Origin: Clostridiales bacterium
GTDB taxonomy: Bacteria > Bacillota > Clostridia > Peptostreptococcales > NVVX01
Assembly (NCBI GenBank): GCA_021129775.1
Contig: JAJOKP010000043.1
Location: 1-63,092, forward strand
Length of the DNA: 63,092 nucleotides
Direction of reading: 5' to 3'
Shown here: positions 10,521-20,061 of the stretch, piece after piece
How the letters are laid out: each line of letters opens with the position of its first letter
How positions within the stretch are numbered: the stretch's first letter is position 1
Position numbers and translations under genes: made by a program
Notes under the pieces: generated by a model
What the model saw: only the letters and a program-made list of their open reading frames with translations
Database searches by the model: none
What the model was told of the DNA's origin: nothing

Positions 10521-10570
10521 AATTAGACAATACTAGATAAAATCCTTCTTTTTTTCTACATTTTTCTACA
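10521..10570 (-). promoter_or_regulatory. Sigma-H-like promoter of flgB operon with two upstream TGTAGAAAAA direct repeats
   Basis: GAAGGATTT-N11-GTCTAATT vs B. subtilis sigmaH consensus RnAGGAwWW-N11/12-RnnGAATww; tttttctaca x2 at 10551-10570. Confidence 0.5.
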
Positions 10571-10611
10571 TTATTTTGTATATAGTACATAAGTACTAAA
10601 CAAAAATATCA

Positions 10612-10690
10612 AATCGAGACAAGGGGACAGGGACTTGTCTGGTTTTCAAAGTAATTTGACAAGACAAGTCCCTGTCCTCTTGTCTCGATT
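10612..10690. repeat. REPIN family A copy 1
   Basis: Inverted pair of AGACAAGGGGACAGGGACTTGTCT around a conserved ~21-nt spacer. Confidence 0.9.
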
Positions 10691-10724
10691 CAACCTAAGG
10701 CTGAGCACCATTGTCTTAATTTTT

Positions 10725-11504
10725 CTATTGTTTACTTTCTCTTAAAGCTTCTAATAAGTAGTTATTTAGAATTTTGATATGCGTTCCTTTCATTCCTAAT
10801 GATCTTGATACGATGACACCAGCACTTTCAAATTTTCTAAGAGCGTTTACAATTACTGATCTCGTAATACCAACTCTATCTGCAACTTTACTTGCAACCA
10901 ACAGACCCTCCATTCCATTAAGTTCATTGAAAATATGTTCTACTGCTTCAAATTCTGAGTATGACAAAGTTCCTATAGCCATTTGTATAACGGCTCTCTT
11001 TCTTGTTTCCTCTTCCTTCTCACCGGTTTTTGCTCTAATTACTTCAAGTCCTATTACAGTTGAACTGTATTCTGCCATTACTAAATCATCTTCAATAAAC
11101 TCATCTTTATGTCGTGCTAGTATCAAAGTTCCTAGACGTTCACCACTTCCATAAATAGGCGTTATTGTAACTAGTTTATCAAAGCTCCCTACATCATCCT
11201 TAAATAGACTTAATAATGCTTCCCCAGTTATATTTGATTCAGTTTCTGAGAATTTTAATAGTTGGTCATTACATTCTTTCGAAAAAGTCTTTTCTCCTGT
11301 TTTTTTGTTCACTAAAATAGGACAATTTGACTCGTCTTTCAAACTAACCCCTAAAACTTTCCCTTTTACACTTGCTACATATACGTTTGCATCAAGTATT
11401 TCACTAAGAATTCTGCTTAATTCATTAAAAGAAATGTGATAATCATTAGTGTTTTGTAGTATTTTGTTAATTCTTCTTATTTTTCCTAGCAATGTAGCCG
11501 ACAT
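10725..11504 (-). CDS. codY: GTP-sensing transcriptional repressor CodY
   Basis: TLSYSE, ASKVADRVGITRSVIVNALRKFESAGVI.SRSLGMKGT. Confidence 0.98.
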   Translation of the reverse strand: MSATLLGKIRRINKILQNTNDYHISFNELSRILSEILDANVYVASVKGKVLGVSLKDESNCPILVNKKTGEKTFSKECNDQLLKFSETESNITGEALLSLFKDDVGSFDKLVTITPIYGSGERLGTLILARHKDEFIEDDLVMAEYSSTVIGLEVIRAKTGEKEEETRKRAVIQMAIGTLSYSEFEAVEHIFNELNGMEGLLVASKVADRVGITRSVIVNALRKFESAGVIVSRSLGMKGTHIKILNNYLLEALRESKQ

Positions 11505-11532
11505 ATAATTCCTCCTATTTAACTCTGGATTA

Positions 11533-11604
11533 GGGGTCAGGCTTGAAAAGTTGACAAAGCCTGAAATTTCATGATTGCTTTGTCAACTTTTCAAGCCTGA
11601 CCCC
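11533..11604. repeat. REP-like perfect 28-bp inverted repeat (family C) in codY leader
   Basis: GGGGTCAGGCTTGAAAAGTTGACAAAGC-N16-GCTTTGTCAACTTTTCAAGCCTGACCCC; partial extra copy at 11631-11650. Confidence 0.85.
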
Positions 11605-11664
11605 ATTCACACATTCACACATCATTACTCTCAAGCCTGACCCCATTCATTACTCCTAATGCTA

Positions 11665-11693
11665 ATACTAACATATTCATTGCTCATTTACAA
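11665..11693 (-). promoter_or_regulatory. SigA promoter of codY
   Basis: TTGTAA-N17-TAGTAT with TG extension. Confidence 0.55.
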
Positions 11694-11713
11694 GATAGTT
11701 AGTGTGATTTTTT

Positions 11714-13792
11714 TTAATTTTCTGTATCTTTGATTTTTTCCTCATGAATACACTCTTTTACACTACAAACTAATTTTTTTTCTTTTTTGGTTTCTTTATA
11801 CACCATCACCTCACCACATATCTTACATTTATAATTGCTTGGTCTATCCCAGGTTACAAATTTGCACTCGGGATACCTTGAACAACCAAAAAATATTCGG
11901 CCTTTTCGCGATTTTCTAACAATCACATCCCCTTTTTCGCATGTTGGACATTTTACTCCAATTTTATTTACTATCGGTTCAGTATACTTACATTCAGGGT
12001 AGTTTGAACAAGCCAAAAATTTTCCATACCTTCCATGTTTAATCAACATAGTAGCTTCGCATTTCTTACATACTTCATCGCTTTCTTCATCTAAATTAAT
12101 TTCTTCAATGTCCTCATCTGCAAATTTCAACATGACTTCAAAAGAAGAATAAAAGCTCTTAATTAGTTCCTTCCACTTCATGCTACCTTCTTCAACGTCA
12201 TCAAGTTTTTTCTCCAGTTCAGCTGTAAAGTGAACATTCAATATCTCCCCAAAATAATTATCAAGCATATTTGTAACAAAAAATCCTAATTCGGTGGGTT
12301 TTAGTTGTTTCACTTCCTTTTCTACATATCCTCTCGCTAAAATAGTAGAAATAGTAGGAGAATAGGTGCTTGGTCTGCCTATACCTAACTCTTCCATCTC
12401 TTTAACTAGTGTAGCCTCAGTAAATCTTGCAGATGGCTGTGTAAAATGTTGTTCCTTAATGGTTTTCAATAATTTAACTTCATCTTTTTCTGACAAATTA
12501 GGAAGTTTCAAATCTTTGCTTTTAGAAGCAAACGAATATATCTTTAAAAATCCGTCAAATTTCATTATTGACCCATGAGCCCTAAAGATTATGCCGTTAA
12601 CCTCTAAGTCGAATGTTACTGCATCAAAAATAGCTGGTGCCATATGACTTGCAACAAATCTTTCCCATATCAATTTATATAATCTTAGTTGATCCATCTT
12701 TAAAGATGTCTTTAAAAAATTAGGATGTCTTTCTGCTAAGGTTGGTCTTACGGCTTCATGTGCATCTTGAACATTTTTCTTGCCTTTTGAACTAACACTA
12801 GCCTTACCTAAATACTCTTTGCCAATTTCGTTATTAATATAGTTTTCTAAATTCGTTCTTACATCATTTGAAATCCTAGTTGAGTCTGTACGCATATAGG
12901 TAATTAGTCCAACTGTCCCCTCGCCTTTAACGTCGATCCCTTCATATAATTGTTGAGCTAATGCCATAGTTTTCTTTGTCGTAAAGCCAAGTTTAGTAGA
13001 TGCTTCCTGTTGCAAGGTGCTCGTTGTAAAAGGTTTGTTTGGGTTTCTCTTTTTAAGACTCTTCTTAATACTCTTTACGGTGATTTTTTTATTTTTAATC
13101 AGAGAAGTAATTCTATCTGCTTCTTCTTTTGTTTCAATTTTTTTATCCCCTTTTTCATCTGAATAAAATTTAGCCATAAATTCTTTATTTTTTTCATCTT
13201 TTACATCAATATTAATACTCCAGTATTCTTTAGGCACAAAACTAGTTATTTCTTTTTCTCTATCTACAATTATCTTAGTCGCTACAGATTGTACTCTGCC
13301 TGCACTCAGACCTTTTCTTAATTTTCTCCATAACAAAGGACTAATTTGGTAACCCACTAGCCTATCTAAAACTCTTCTTGCTTGCTGGGAGTTCACTAAA
13401 TCCATTTTAATTTTCCTTGGATTTTTTACAGCTGTTTTAACTGTTTCTTTTGTTACTTCATTAAATTCAATACGACATTGTTTATCTTCTGGTATATTCA
13501 AAGCATTTGCAATATGCCAAGATATAGCTTCTCCCTCTCTATCAGGATCAGTTGCTAACAAAACTCTATCAACTTTTTTAGCTTCTTTTTTTATGTCTTT
13601 TAATATAGGTCCTTTTCCTCTAATAGTAATATATTGTGGTTCGAAATCATTCTCAACATCTACACCTAATTTACTTTTAGGCAAGTCTATTATATGACCA
13701 ATTGACGGTACTACATTATAGTTTCTTCCTAAATACTTTTTTATAGTTCTTGCTTTAGCAGGTGACTCTACAATTACTAGTGATTTCGCCAA
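11714..13792 (-). CDS. topA: DNA topoisomerase I
   Basis: LVIVESPAKA, ATDPDREGEAI, SAGRVQS, ITYMRTDS, C-terminal Zn ribbons. Confidence 0.98.
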   Translation of the reverse strand: MAKSLVIVESPAKARTIKKYLGRNYNVVPSIGHIIDLPKSKLGVDVENDFEPQYITIRGKGPILKDIKKEAKKVDRVLLATDPDREGEAISWHIANALNIPEDKQCRIEFNEVTKETVKTAVKNPRKIKMDLVNSQQARRVLDRLVGYQISPLLWRKLRKGLSAGRVQSVATKIIVDREKEITSFVPKEYWSINIDVKDEKNKEFMAKFYSDEKGDKKIETKEEADRITSLIKNKKITVKSIKKSLKKRNPNKPFTTSTLQQEASTKLGFTTKKTMALAQQLYEGIDVKGEGTVGLITYMRTDSTRISNDVRTNLENYINNEIGKEYLGKASVSSKGKKNVQDAHEAVRPTLAERHPNFLKTSLKMDQLRLYKLIWERFVASHMAPAIFDAVTFDLEVNGIIFRAHGSIMKFDGFLKIYSFASKSKDLKLPNLSEKDEVKLLKTIKEQHFTQPSARFTEATLVKEMEELGIGRPSTYSPTISTILARGYVEKEVKQLKPTELGFFVTNMLDNYFGEILNVHFTAELEKKLDDVEEGSMKWKELIKSFYSSFEVMLKFADEDIEEINLDEESDEVCKKCEATMLIKHGRYGKFLACSNYPECKYTEPIVNKIGVKCPTCEKGDVIVRKSRKGRIFFGCSRYPECKFVTWDRPSNYKCKICGEVMVYKETKKEKKLVCSVKECIHEEKIKDTEN

Positions 13793-13825
13793 ATAGAACA
13801 CCTCTCAATCTAATTCTTTTTATAT

Positions 13826-14932
13826 TTAACGTTTTTTCTTGTTAATGTTCGCTGCAAAGCACTTCCCTGGGAGTCGAGTTATAAATCCTTTTAACTCAAG
13901 TATAGTTAATATTGGACTTAACCTATTGATTTTATAACTACTTTTATATGCTATCAAATCTATATTAATTCGTTCTAACTTAATTATGTCATATATTTTT
14001 TGCTCTTCAACACTCAAATGGCTATTTTCTATAGCTGTTTCTTCTTTGTTCTCTAAATTGTACTTAAGTTTTAAATCTTCTATAACATCATCGACGTTAA
14101 GCAAGATTTTAGCTCCATCGGAGATAAGTTTATTAGTGCCAGCACTATTAATACTATTAATATTTCCAGGGACTGCATAAATTTCTTTTCCGTGTTCCAA
14201 GGCAAAATCAGCAGTAATTAACGCCCCGCTTTTAAGGGCTGCTTCCACTACTATTAATCCATCTGATAGCGCACTAATTATTCGATTTCTTGCAGGAAAA
14301 TGATATTTTAGCGGTAAAGTTCCAATGTAATATTCCGATAACACACATCCTTTTTCAATAATTTTATTATATATTTTAGTATTATATACAGGATAACATT
14401 CCTCTACTCCACAACCTAATACAGCAGTTGTATGATTATTATTATCTAATGCTGCTTTATGACTTTCTGCATCAACTCCTAAAGCCAATCCACTTACTAT
14501 AGAAACCTTCCATTCGCTCAGTTCAGATGCAAAACGGTAAGCAGCCCATCTTCCATAAGCAGTTGCTTTTCTTGTCCCAACAATAGCAATGCTCGGAATA
14601 TCAAAGTTGCATTTCCCCCTAATATATAAAACTCGCGGTGGGTCGTATATTTGTTTCAGTTTTATAGGAAAGTCGGAATCAAGGATTGTAATTATATTTA
14701 TTCCATGCTTTTTAATATTGTTTTTCACACTTTCATAATAATCGACATTTCTATTACAGATTATACTTTCAGCTATGCTATCATTTTTAAGCATATTCTT
14801 AATAGATTTTTCACTCGCAGTCCAAATTTCATTAATATCCCCATAATATTCTTCAATTCTTCTATAAATAGCATCTCTTGTTATACCAATGCTACTTAAC
14901 CAAATCAAAAGATCCCTATTCATCAATGTCAT
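13826..14932 (-). CDS. dprA: DNA processing protein DprA
   Basis: IAIVGTR, SGLALGVD, FPARNRIIS, SGALITA, AVPGNI. Confidence 0.96.
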   Translation of the reverse strand: MTLMNRDLLIWLSSIGITRDAIYRRIEEYYGDINEIWTASEKSIKNMLKNDSIAESIICNRNVDYYESVKNNIKKHGINIITILDSDFPIKLKQIYDPPRVLYIRGKCNFDIPSIAIVGTRKATAYGRWAAYRFASELSEWKVSIVSGLALGVDAESHKAALDNNNHTTAVLGCGVEECYPVYNTKIYNKIIEKGCVLSEYYIGTLPLKYHFPARNRIISALSDGLIVVEAALKSGALITADFALEHGKEIYAVPGNINSINSAGTNKLISDGAKILLNVDDVIEDLKLKYNLENKEETAIENSHLSVEEQKIYDIIKLERINIDLIAYKSSYKINRLSPILTILELKGFITRLPGKCFAANINKKKR

Positions 14933-15735
14933 TATTTATTCTCCACTCTCCATTTTTTTATGTTCTCCTCAATAAATTCTTTTGTTTTTTTATGTGCTTC
15001 TTTACCATTCCCTTCAATAGTAAGAGGTTCTCCAAATTTTATATGGATTATCTTATCTCTATTTATAGGACCAAGATCTTTAATATACTTACCGTTTTCC
15101 CAGAAATCGGTTTTAATTGCAACAGGCAAAATCTTTACATTTGCTTTTTTAGCTAGTTTAGCCCCCATAGAGTTAAATTCCTCTGGAATAAACTCTATCG
15201 ACCGAGTACTTTGCGGAAAAACTATCAAAGAGCGTCCGTCCTCAAGAATAGATTTGCCTTCAGTTAAAACCTTCAATAAATCTTCTCTTGGATTAACTCG
15301 TCTAAGAATAATAGGTTTCATAGCTTTGATAACCTCACCAAATATTGGGTAATTAGCAAGACTCTCTTTTGCAATAAATGTAACATCCATTGCTGGCGCA
15401 ATAATACAAGGAAAAATAACAGTTTCTAATGTGCTCATATGATTACTAACAAAAACAACAGGTCCGCCGCATCTATCAAGATTGTCTAACCCTTGTATGT
15501 CAAAACGCCCTCCACAACCCTCTATAGTTTTAAAAACACTATATGATACTTTAGCCCATTCCTCTGTCGTATACTTTCCTTTAGTGGTCATAAAATAAGA
15601 TTTTATAATTTGAAAAATAAAAGCAGAAATAAATCGTATTCTAGAACCCAACATAATTCTATCTAATAAAAATCTCGGAATATTATCGGGGGTCACATAT
15701 TTATCCCCTCTAAAAAATTTCTCCACAATTTTCAC
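14932..15735 (-). CDS. Lysophospholipid acyltransferase (PlsC-like)
   Basis: NHMSTLE (HX4D/E) and VFPQSTRS (FPEGTR-like) blocks. Confidence 0.85.
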   Translation of the reverse strand: MKIVEKFFRGDKYVTPDNIPRFLLDRIMLGSRIRFISAFIFQIIKSYFMTTKGKYTTEEWAKVSYSVFKTIEGCGGRFDIQGLDNLDRCGGPVVFVSNHMSTLETVIFPCIIAPAMDVTFIAKESLANYPIFGEVIKAMKPIILRRVNPREDLLKVLTEGKSILEDGRSLIVFPQSTRSIEFIPEEFNSMGAKLAKKANVKILPVAIKTDFWENGKYIKDLGPINRDKIIHIKFGEPLTIEGNGKEAHKKTKEFIEENIKKWRVENK

Positions 15736-15801
15736 ATCCTTTTCATGGCACTATAGTTGGTCGATGGTTAGTGGTCAGTTAGTCAACAAAAGTCATTAGA
15801 A

Positions 15802-15828
15802 AGTCATTAGGGACGGTTCTTTTTGACT
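15802..15828. repeat. Single GGGAC-loop REP-like hairpin
   Basis: AGTCA-TTAGGGACGGTTCTTTT-TGACT, preceded by duplicated AAAGTCATTAG. Confidence 0.55.
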
Positions 15829-16084
15829 CAAGTCTCAATTATAACTGTTTGATAATATACACACAAATATACTTTTCAAATTTGATTATAGCAGTTAATA
15901 GAATCTTGTGCAATATTTTTTTAGGTTTACTGTAATACAGGGTCAAATAAAAATTGATTGCCTAGGAAATTTACCCTTTTTTACAATTTCCGTTTAAATT
16001 CGACTTTTTTCTGCTTCACAAAAATGAAATATCGTGAATGAAATCTTGCATTTTGTATTTTTTTTATTTTATTTGAAATTTTGC

Positions 16085-16112
16085 TTGCATTTTCTTTGAT
16101 AAATGTTATAAT
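16085..16112 (+). promoter_or_regulatory. SigA promoter of eam
   Basis: TTGCAT-N16-TATAAT with TG extended -10. Confidence 0.6.
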
Positions 16113-16248
16113 GTTAGTGTTAAAACATTAACGAAATGACGTTTTAAAATGAATTTTTGAATTTCCCACATAATAATTGAGGCTAAAAAGGTAAATTATA
16201 TAAACTTAATTCTATGATTTTAAGCAAGGTCTAAAAGGAGGCAAACAA

Positions 16249-17526
16249 ATGGAGTGTTTAAAAACAGCAATTACAAGTAGAGAGATTTCGCTAGAGCGCG
16301 CAAAGCAATTAAAGTCTAAAATACAAGACTATCTCGACGTAAAAGATTCCATCCCAAAAGGAATGGCTGAAAAATTCATCGAAAAAAAACAAGATCTAAA
16401 ACAAAAAATGTTGTCCTTATTTAACGCTACTGAAAGTGATTGGGATGACTGGCAATGGCAATTGGAAAACAGAATTGCAGATGTTGATACTTTAACCAAA
16501 ATTATTTCACTCACCGATTCAGAAATTGAAGCAGTCAAAAGTGTAGGAAAAGAGTTTAGATGGGGTGTTTCACCTTACTATCTATCATTAGTTGACGAAA
16601 ATAGCAAATACTGCCCAATAAAACTACTGTCTATTCCAACATCTATTGAATTAGCCCCTTCTGATGGCTTAATTGACCCAATGGCTGAAGAATTCACAAA
16701 TCCTGCTGGCTCAATAACAAGAAGGTACCCTGATAGATTAATAATTAACGTAACTAACGAATGTGCTATGTATTGTAGACATTGTCAAAGAAGAAGAAAT
16801 ATTGGTGGAACTGATAATCATGTTTCAAGAGCTAAGTTGCAAGAGTCTGTTGACTATATCAGAGACAATCCAGAAATTAGAGATGTTCTCATAACAGGGG
16901 GAGACGCTTTCGCTTTGCCTGATTCTACAATTGATTGGTTGTTAGGTGAACTGTATGCAATTGACTCTCTCGAGTATATTCGATTAGGAACAAGAACTTT
17001 AGTGACTATGCCTCAGAGAATTTCAGAAAATTTGTTAAGCATTTTAAAGAAGTACCCACCTATTTATGTAAACACGCATTTCAATCATCCTATTGAAATC
17101 ACAAAGGAATCTAAGGAAGCGTGTGAAAAATTAGCTAACGCTGGGATTTCTATAGGTAATCAAGCAGTTTTGCTAAATGGAATAAACAACGATAAATTTG
17201 TAATGAGACTACTCAACCATGAAATGCTAAAAATTAGAGTGCGCCCTTATTACATTTTCCATGCAAAGAAAATAATTGGCACAACACATTTTAATACTTC
17301 TATTGATGATGGAATTGAAATAATGGAATATTTAAGGGGATATACTTCTGGAATGGCTATACCAACTTACATTGTTAATGCTACGGGCGGAAAAGGTAAA
17401 ACACCTTTATTCCCTAATTACCTTATTTCAAGAGGAAAGAATAATATTAAAATAAGAACATGGGAAGGCGAAGTAATAAATTATCCTAATTATCCGACTG
17501 TACCGATTGAAGAATTTATTGAATAA
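16249..17526 (+). CDS. eam: Glutamate 2,3-aminomutase (radical SAM, KamA superfamily)
   Basis: CAMYCRHC radical-SAM motif; ISLERA..LKSKI.DY N-terminus, TNPAG.ITRRYPDRLIINVTNE, CQRRRNIG and GGKGK PLP-lysine typical of clostridial Eam. Confidence 0.88.
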   Translation: MECLKTAITSREISLERAKQLKSKIQDYLDVKDSIPKGMAEKFIEKKQDLKQKMLSLFNATESDWDDWQWQLENRIADVDTLTKIISLTDSEIEAVKSVGKEFRWGVSPYYLSLVDENSKYCPIKLLSIPTSIELAPSDGLIDPMAEEFTNPAGSITRRYPDRLIINVTNECAMYCRHCQRRRNIGGTDNHVSRAKLQESVDYIRDNPEIRDVLITGGDAFALPDSTIDWLLGELYAIDSLEYIRLGTRTLVTMPQRISENLLSILKKYPPIYVNTHFNHPIEITKESKEACEKLANAGISIGNQAVLLNGINNDKFVMRLLNHEMLKIRVRPYYIFHAKKIIGTTHFNTSIDDGIEIMEYLRGYTSGMAIPTYIVNATGGKGKTPLFPNYLISRGKNNIKIRTWEGEVINYPNYPTVPIEEFIE

Positions 17527-17543
17527 TTATAGTTAGACAAGGA

Positions 17544-17618
17544 TCGAGACAAGGGGACAGGGACTTGTCTGGTCAAATTGTTTTGAAAACCAGACAAGTC
17601 CCTGTCCCCTTGTCTCGA
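17544..17618. repeat. REPIN family A copy 2 (between convergent eam and yraN)
   Basis: Same inverted pair and spacer as copy 1, opposite orientation; partial flanking copies 17535-17542 and 17624-17636. Confidence 0.9.
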
Positions 17619-17647
17619 CCCGACCCTTGTCTCGACACTCGTTTGCT

Positions 17648-17995
17648 TTAAAAAGCATTTTCCAAATGTCTTAAATAGCATTTTTTATATTTTAATACAA
17701 CTTCAATAACATCAAATCTAAAATCAACAGTTTTGTTTGCATAATGTTTTACATATCGACTAGCAACCATTCTATATATTTTTTGTTTCTTATAATTCAC
17801 AGCCTCACAGGGCATTCCAAATTTAGTTGACCTTCTAGTTTTCACTTCAATATAACAAATCACATTGTCTTTCTTAGCTATAATATCAATTTCCCCTATT
17901 TTTGTTTTATAATTCGTATGTAAGATTTTATATCCTTTATCAATTAAAAATTTCTCACTTACTTCTTCTCCATACGCCCCTATTTTTTTATTCAT
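17648..17995 (-). CDS. yraN: YraN family (UPF0102) endonuclease-like protein
   Basis: GAYGE, GEIDIIA, IEVKTR, RFDVI, HLENAF. Confidence 0.93.
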   Translation of the reverse strand: MNKKIGAYGEEVSEKFLIDKGYKILHTNYKTKIGEIDIIAKKDNVICYIEVKTRRSTKFGMPCEAVNYKKQKIYRMVASRYVKHYANKTVDFRFDVIEVVLKYKKCYLRHLENAF

Positions 17996-17999
17996 GCTT

Positions 18000-18620
18000 T
18001 TAACCCTTCCGAAGTATCTTCTTCAAAAAACTCTTTCTATGTAAATTGCTAGCTCCATACATAATTAAAGCTTCCTTATGTATTTTCGTTGCATAACCTT
18101 TATGCTTTTCTAATCCGTAATGCGAGTAATCTTTCGCCCATTCATAGCACATCTTGTCTCTCGTTACTTTAGCAATTATCGAAGCTGCCGCTATCCCATG
18201 AGAAAGCGAATCCCCTTTAATTATAGCTTTTTGTGGAGCATTAATATCGATTGTTTCAGCATCTATCATAATAAAGTCTGGTATAATGCTATTGCCCTTA
18301 ATACTAACTAAATTTTCTATGGCTTTTTTCATTGCAAGTTTGGAAGCGTTCTTTATATTTATTCTATCAATTTCTTCTGCTGATACTCTACCTATTCCAA
18401 TAGCAACCGCTTTTTCTTTAATAGTTTTAAACAAACTTTCCCTCTTTTTAGCAGATAGCTTCTTAGAGTCATTAACTCCTTCTATTCTCAACCCAACAGG
18501 TAGAATAACCGCCGCAGCCACTACATCGCCAAATAAACAACCTCTTCCTACTTCATCAACAAACGCTATATTCTTATAGCCTTGCTCCCAAATTTCTCTT
18601 TCTATACTTAACATGTCCAT
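18000..18620 (-). CDS. rnhB: Ribonuclease HII
   Basis: VDEVGRG, NDSKKLS, IAAASIIAKVTRD, HKGYAT. Confidence 0.97.
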   Translation of the reverse strand: MDMLSIEREIWEQGYKNIAFVDEVGRGCLFGDVVAAAVILPVGLRIEGVNDSKKLSAKKRESLFKTIKEKAVAIGIGRVSAEEIDRINIKNASKLAMKKAIENLVSIKGNSIIPDFIMIDAETIDINAPQKAIIKGDSLSHGIAAASIIAKVTRDKMCYEWAKDYSHYGLEKHKGYATKIHKEALIMYGASNLHRKSFLKKILRKG

Positions 18621-18646
18621 ATTTTCTACCTACAAGCATGAGTAAA

Positions 18647-19498
18647 CTACTCGGTGCTCGGTCTTTCTAAAGTCATTTTGCCTATTGTACTAGACCTAAA
18701 CTCATCTAGCAAAATATTCGCGGTTCTCAAATAATCTGGTTCCCCACCTTTGACTATAAAGCCTCTATTTTTAGCTATTTCATTTAACACATCAAGTGGG
18801 CTACTCATTTTTCCAACTAAGTTATATCTGCTAGCTAAGTTTGATTTATATCCAAGTAGTAAATTCTCAATCAAATATAAAGCTAAGGTTTCAGTATCGA
18901 GCAATTCATCTTTAACTGCTCCAGTAAATGCAAGTTTCTTGCCGACTTCTGGATCTTCAAACTTAGGCCACAGGATTCCTGGAGTGTCCAGTAACTCAAT
19001 ATTGCCTTTTAGTCTTATCCACTGCTTTCCTTTTGTAACTCCGGGTTTGTCACCAGTCTTAGCACTTTTTCTCTTTACAAGTTTATTTATAATTGAGGAT
19101 TTACCTACATTAGGAATACCTACTACCATAACTCTAACAGCTCTTGCTCTTCTTCCTTTTTTAATAAGGGCATCCATTTTTTCTTTAACCTTCATTTCTG
19201 CTGCTTTCATAACATCATGAAGCCCTTTTCCACCTACTGAGTTAACAGGAATTGCAATTATTCCTTTTTTCTTAAAGTATTCTACCCATAACCCAGTAGC
19301 CCACGTGTCAGCTAAATCAGCCTTGTTTAAAATTACTACTTTAGGCTTCCCACCAATCATTGAATCAATATCTGGGTTTTTACTACTCATTGGAATTCTT
19401 GCATCTAAAAGCTCAAATATTACATCAACTAATTTTAGCTGCTCTTTTACCAATTCCTTAGTTTTTTTCATATGCCCTGGGTACCAGTGTATATTCAT
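18647..19498 (-). CDS. rbgA: Ribosome biogenesis GTPase RbgA/YlqF
   Basis: WYPGHM, NKADL, GIPNVGKSS, DTPGILWP. Confidence 0.97.
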   Translation of the reverse strand: MNIHWYPGHMKKTKELVKEQLKLVDVIFELLDARIPMSSKNPDIDSMIGGKPKVVILNKADLADTWATGLWVEYFKKKGIIAIPVNSVGGKGLHDVMKAAEMKVKEKMDALIKKGRRARAVRVMVVGIPNVGKSSIINKLVKRKSAKTGDKPGVTKGKQWIRLKGNIELLDTPGILWPKFEDPEVGKKLAFTGAVKDELLDTETLALYLIENLLLGYKSNLASRYNLVGKMSSPLDVLNEIAKNRGFIVKGGEPDYLRTANILLDEFRSSTIGKMTLERPSTE

Positions 19499-19515
19499 AT
19501 TATCAGCCTTTCTTG

Positions 19516-19590
19516 GTCAGACAAGGGGACAGGGACTAGTCTGGTTTCCAAGACAATGCGACCAGACAAGTCCCTGTCCCCTTGTCTGAC
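19516..19590. repeat. REPIN family A copy 3
   Basis: GTCAGACAAGGGGACAGGGACTAGTCTGG...CCAGACAAGTCCCTGTCCCCTTGTCTGAC. Confidence 0.9.
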
Positions 19591-19595
19591 TTTGT

Positions 19596-19624
19596 AAAAA
19601 AAGGCGAGGAATGACCTCGCCTTT
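19596..19624 (-). terminator. Intrinsic terminator after rplS
   Basis: AAAGGCGAGG-loop-CCTCGCCTTT followed by T run on minus strand. Confidence 0.8.
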
Positions 19625-19632
19625 AGTGATTG

Positions 19633-19983
19633 TTACTTATCTTTTCTCTCTTTAATCTTAAAGGCAGCTTTACCAATTCTGTCTCTTAAGTAAAATAATC
19701 TAGCCCTTCTAACTCTACCTTTTTTAACAACTTCAACTTTTTCGATCTTAGGTGAGTGTAGTGGGAAAGTTCTTTCAACTCCAACACCTGAAGAAATTTT
19801 TCTTACTGTAAAAGTTTCAGCTATGCTTCCACCTTGCTTTTTAATTACGATACCCTCGTACACCTGTACTCTTTCTCTAGTACCCTCTTTAATTTTAACG
19901 TGCACTCTTACAGTGTCTCCAGTAACAAATTTATCAACTTTGTCTTTTAATTGCTCTTTTTCAATTGATCTAATTATATCCAT
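19633..19983 (-). CDS. rplS: 50S ribosomal protein L19
   Basis: [39 protein letters not shown]. Confidence 0.99.
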   Translation of the reverse strand: MDIIRSIEKEQLKDKVDKFVTGDTVRVHVKIKEGTRERVQVYEGIVIKKQGGSIAETFTVRKISSGVGVERTFPLHSPKIEKVEVVKKGRVRRARLFYLRDRIGKAAFKIKERKDK

Positions 19984-20003
19984 AATTACCCTCCTTCCTT
20001 CCT

Positions 20004-20035
20004 AGACGTTCATATTATCAAACAGAGGACCGCCC
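20004..20035 (-). ncRNA. L19 leader (ribosomal protein autoregulatory RNA)
   Basis: GGGCGGTCCTCTG...ATGAACGTCT stem-loop directly upstream of rplS RBS. Confidence 0.7.
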
Positions 20036-20061
20036 ATTATAACTCTATTATTGTAACATAA

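Noticed and set aside
10469-10610. c-di-GMP riboswitch upstream of flgB as in C. difficile
   Set aside because: No GEMM-type P1/P2 with GAAA tetraloop and receptor visible; leader is short and AT-rich.
16249-17526. Annotation as lysine 2,3-aminomutase KamA or EpmB
   Set aside because: N-terminal extension and TNPAG/CQRRRNIG motifs fit Eam; no lysine fermentation or efp/epmA genes adjacent.
17490-17681. 63-aa minus-strand ORF (similarly 19305-19589)
   Set aside because: Translation of REPIN family A sequence, not a gene.
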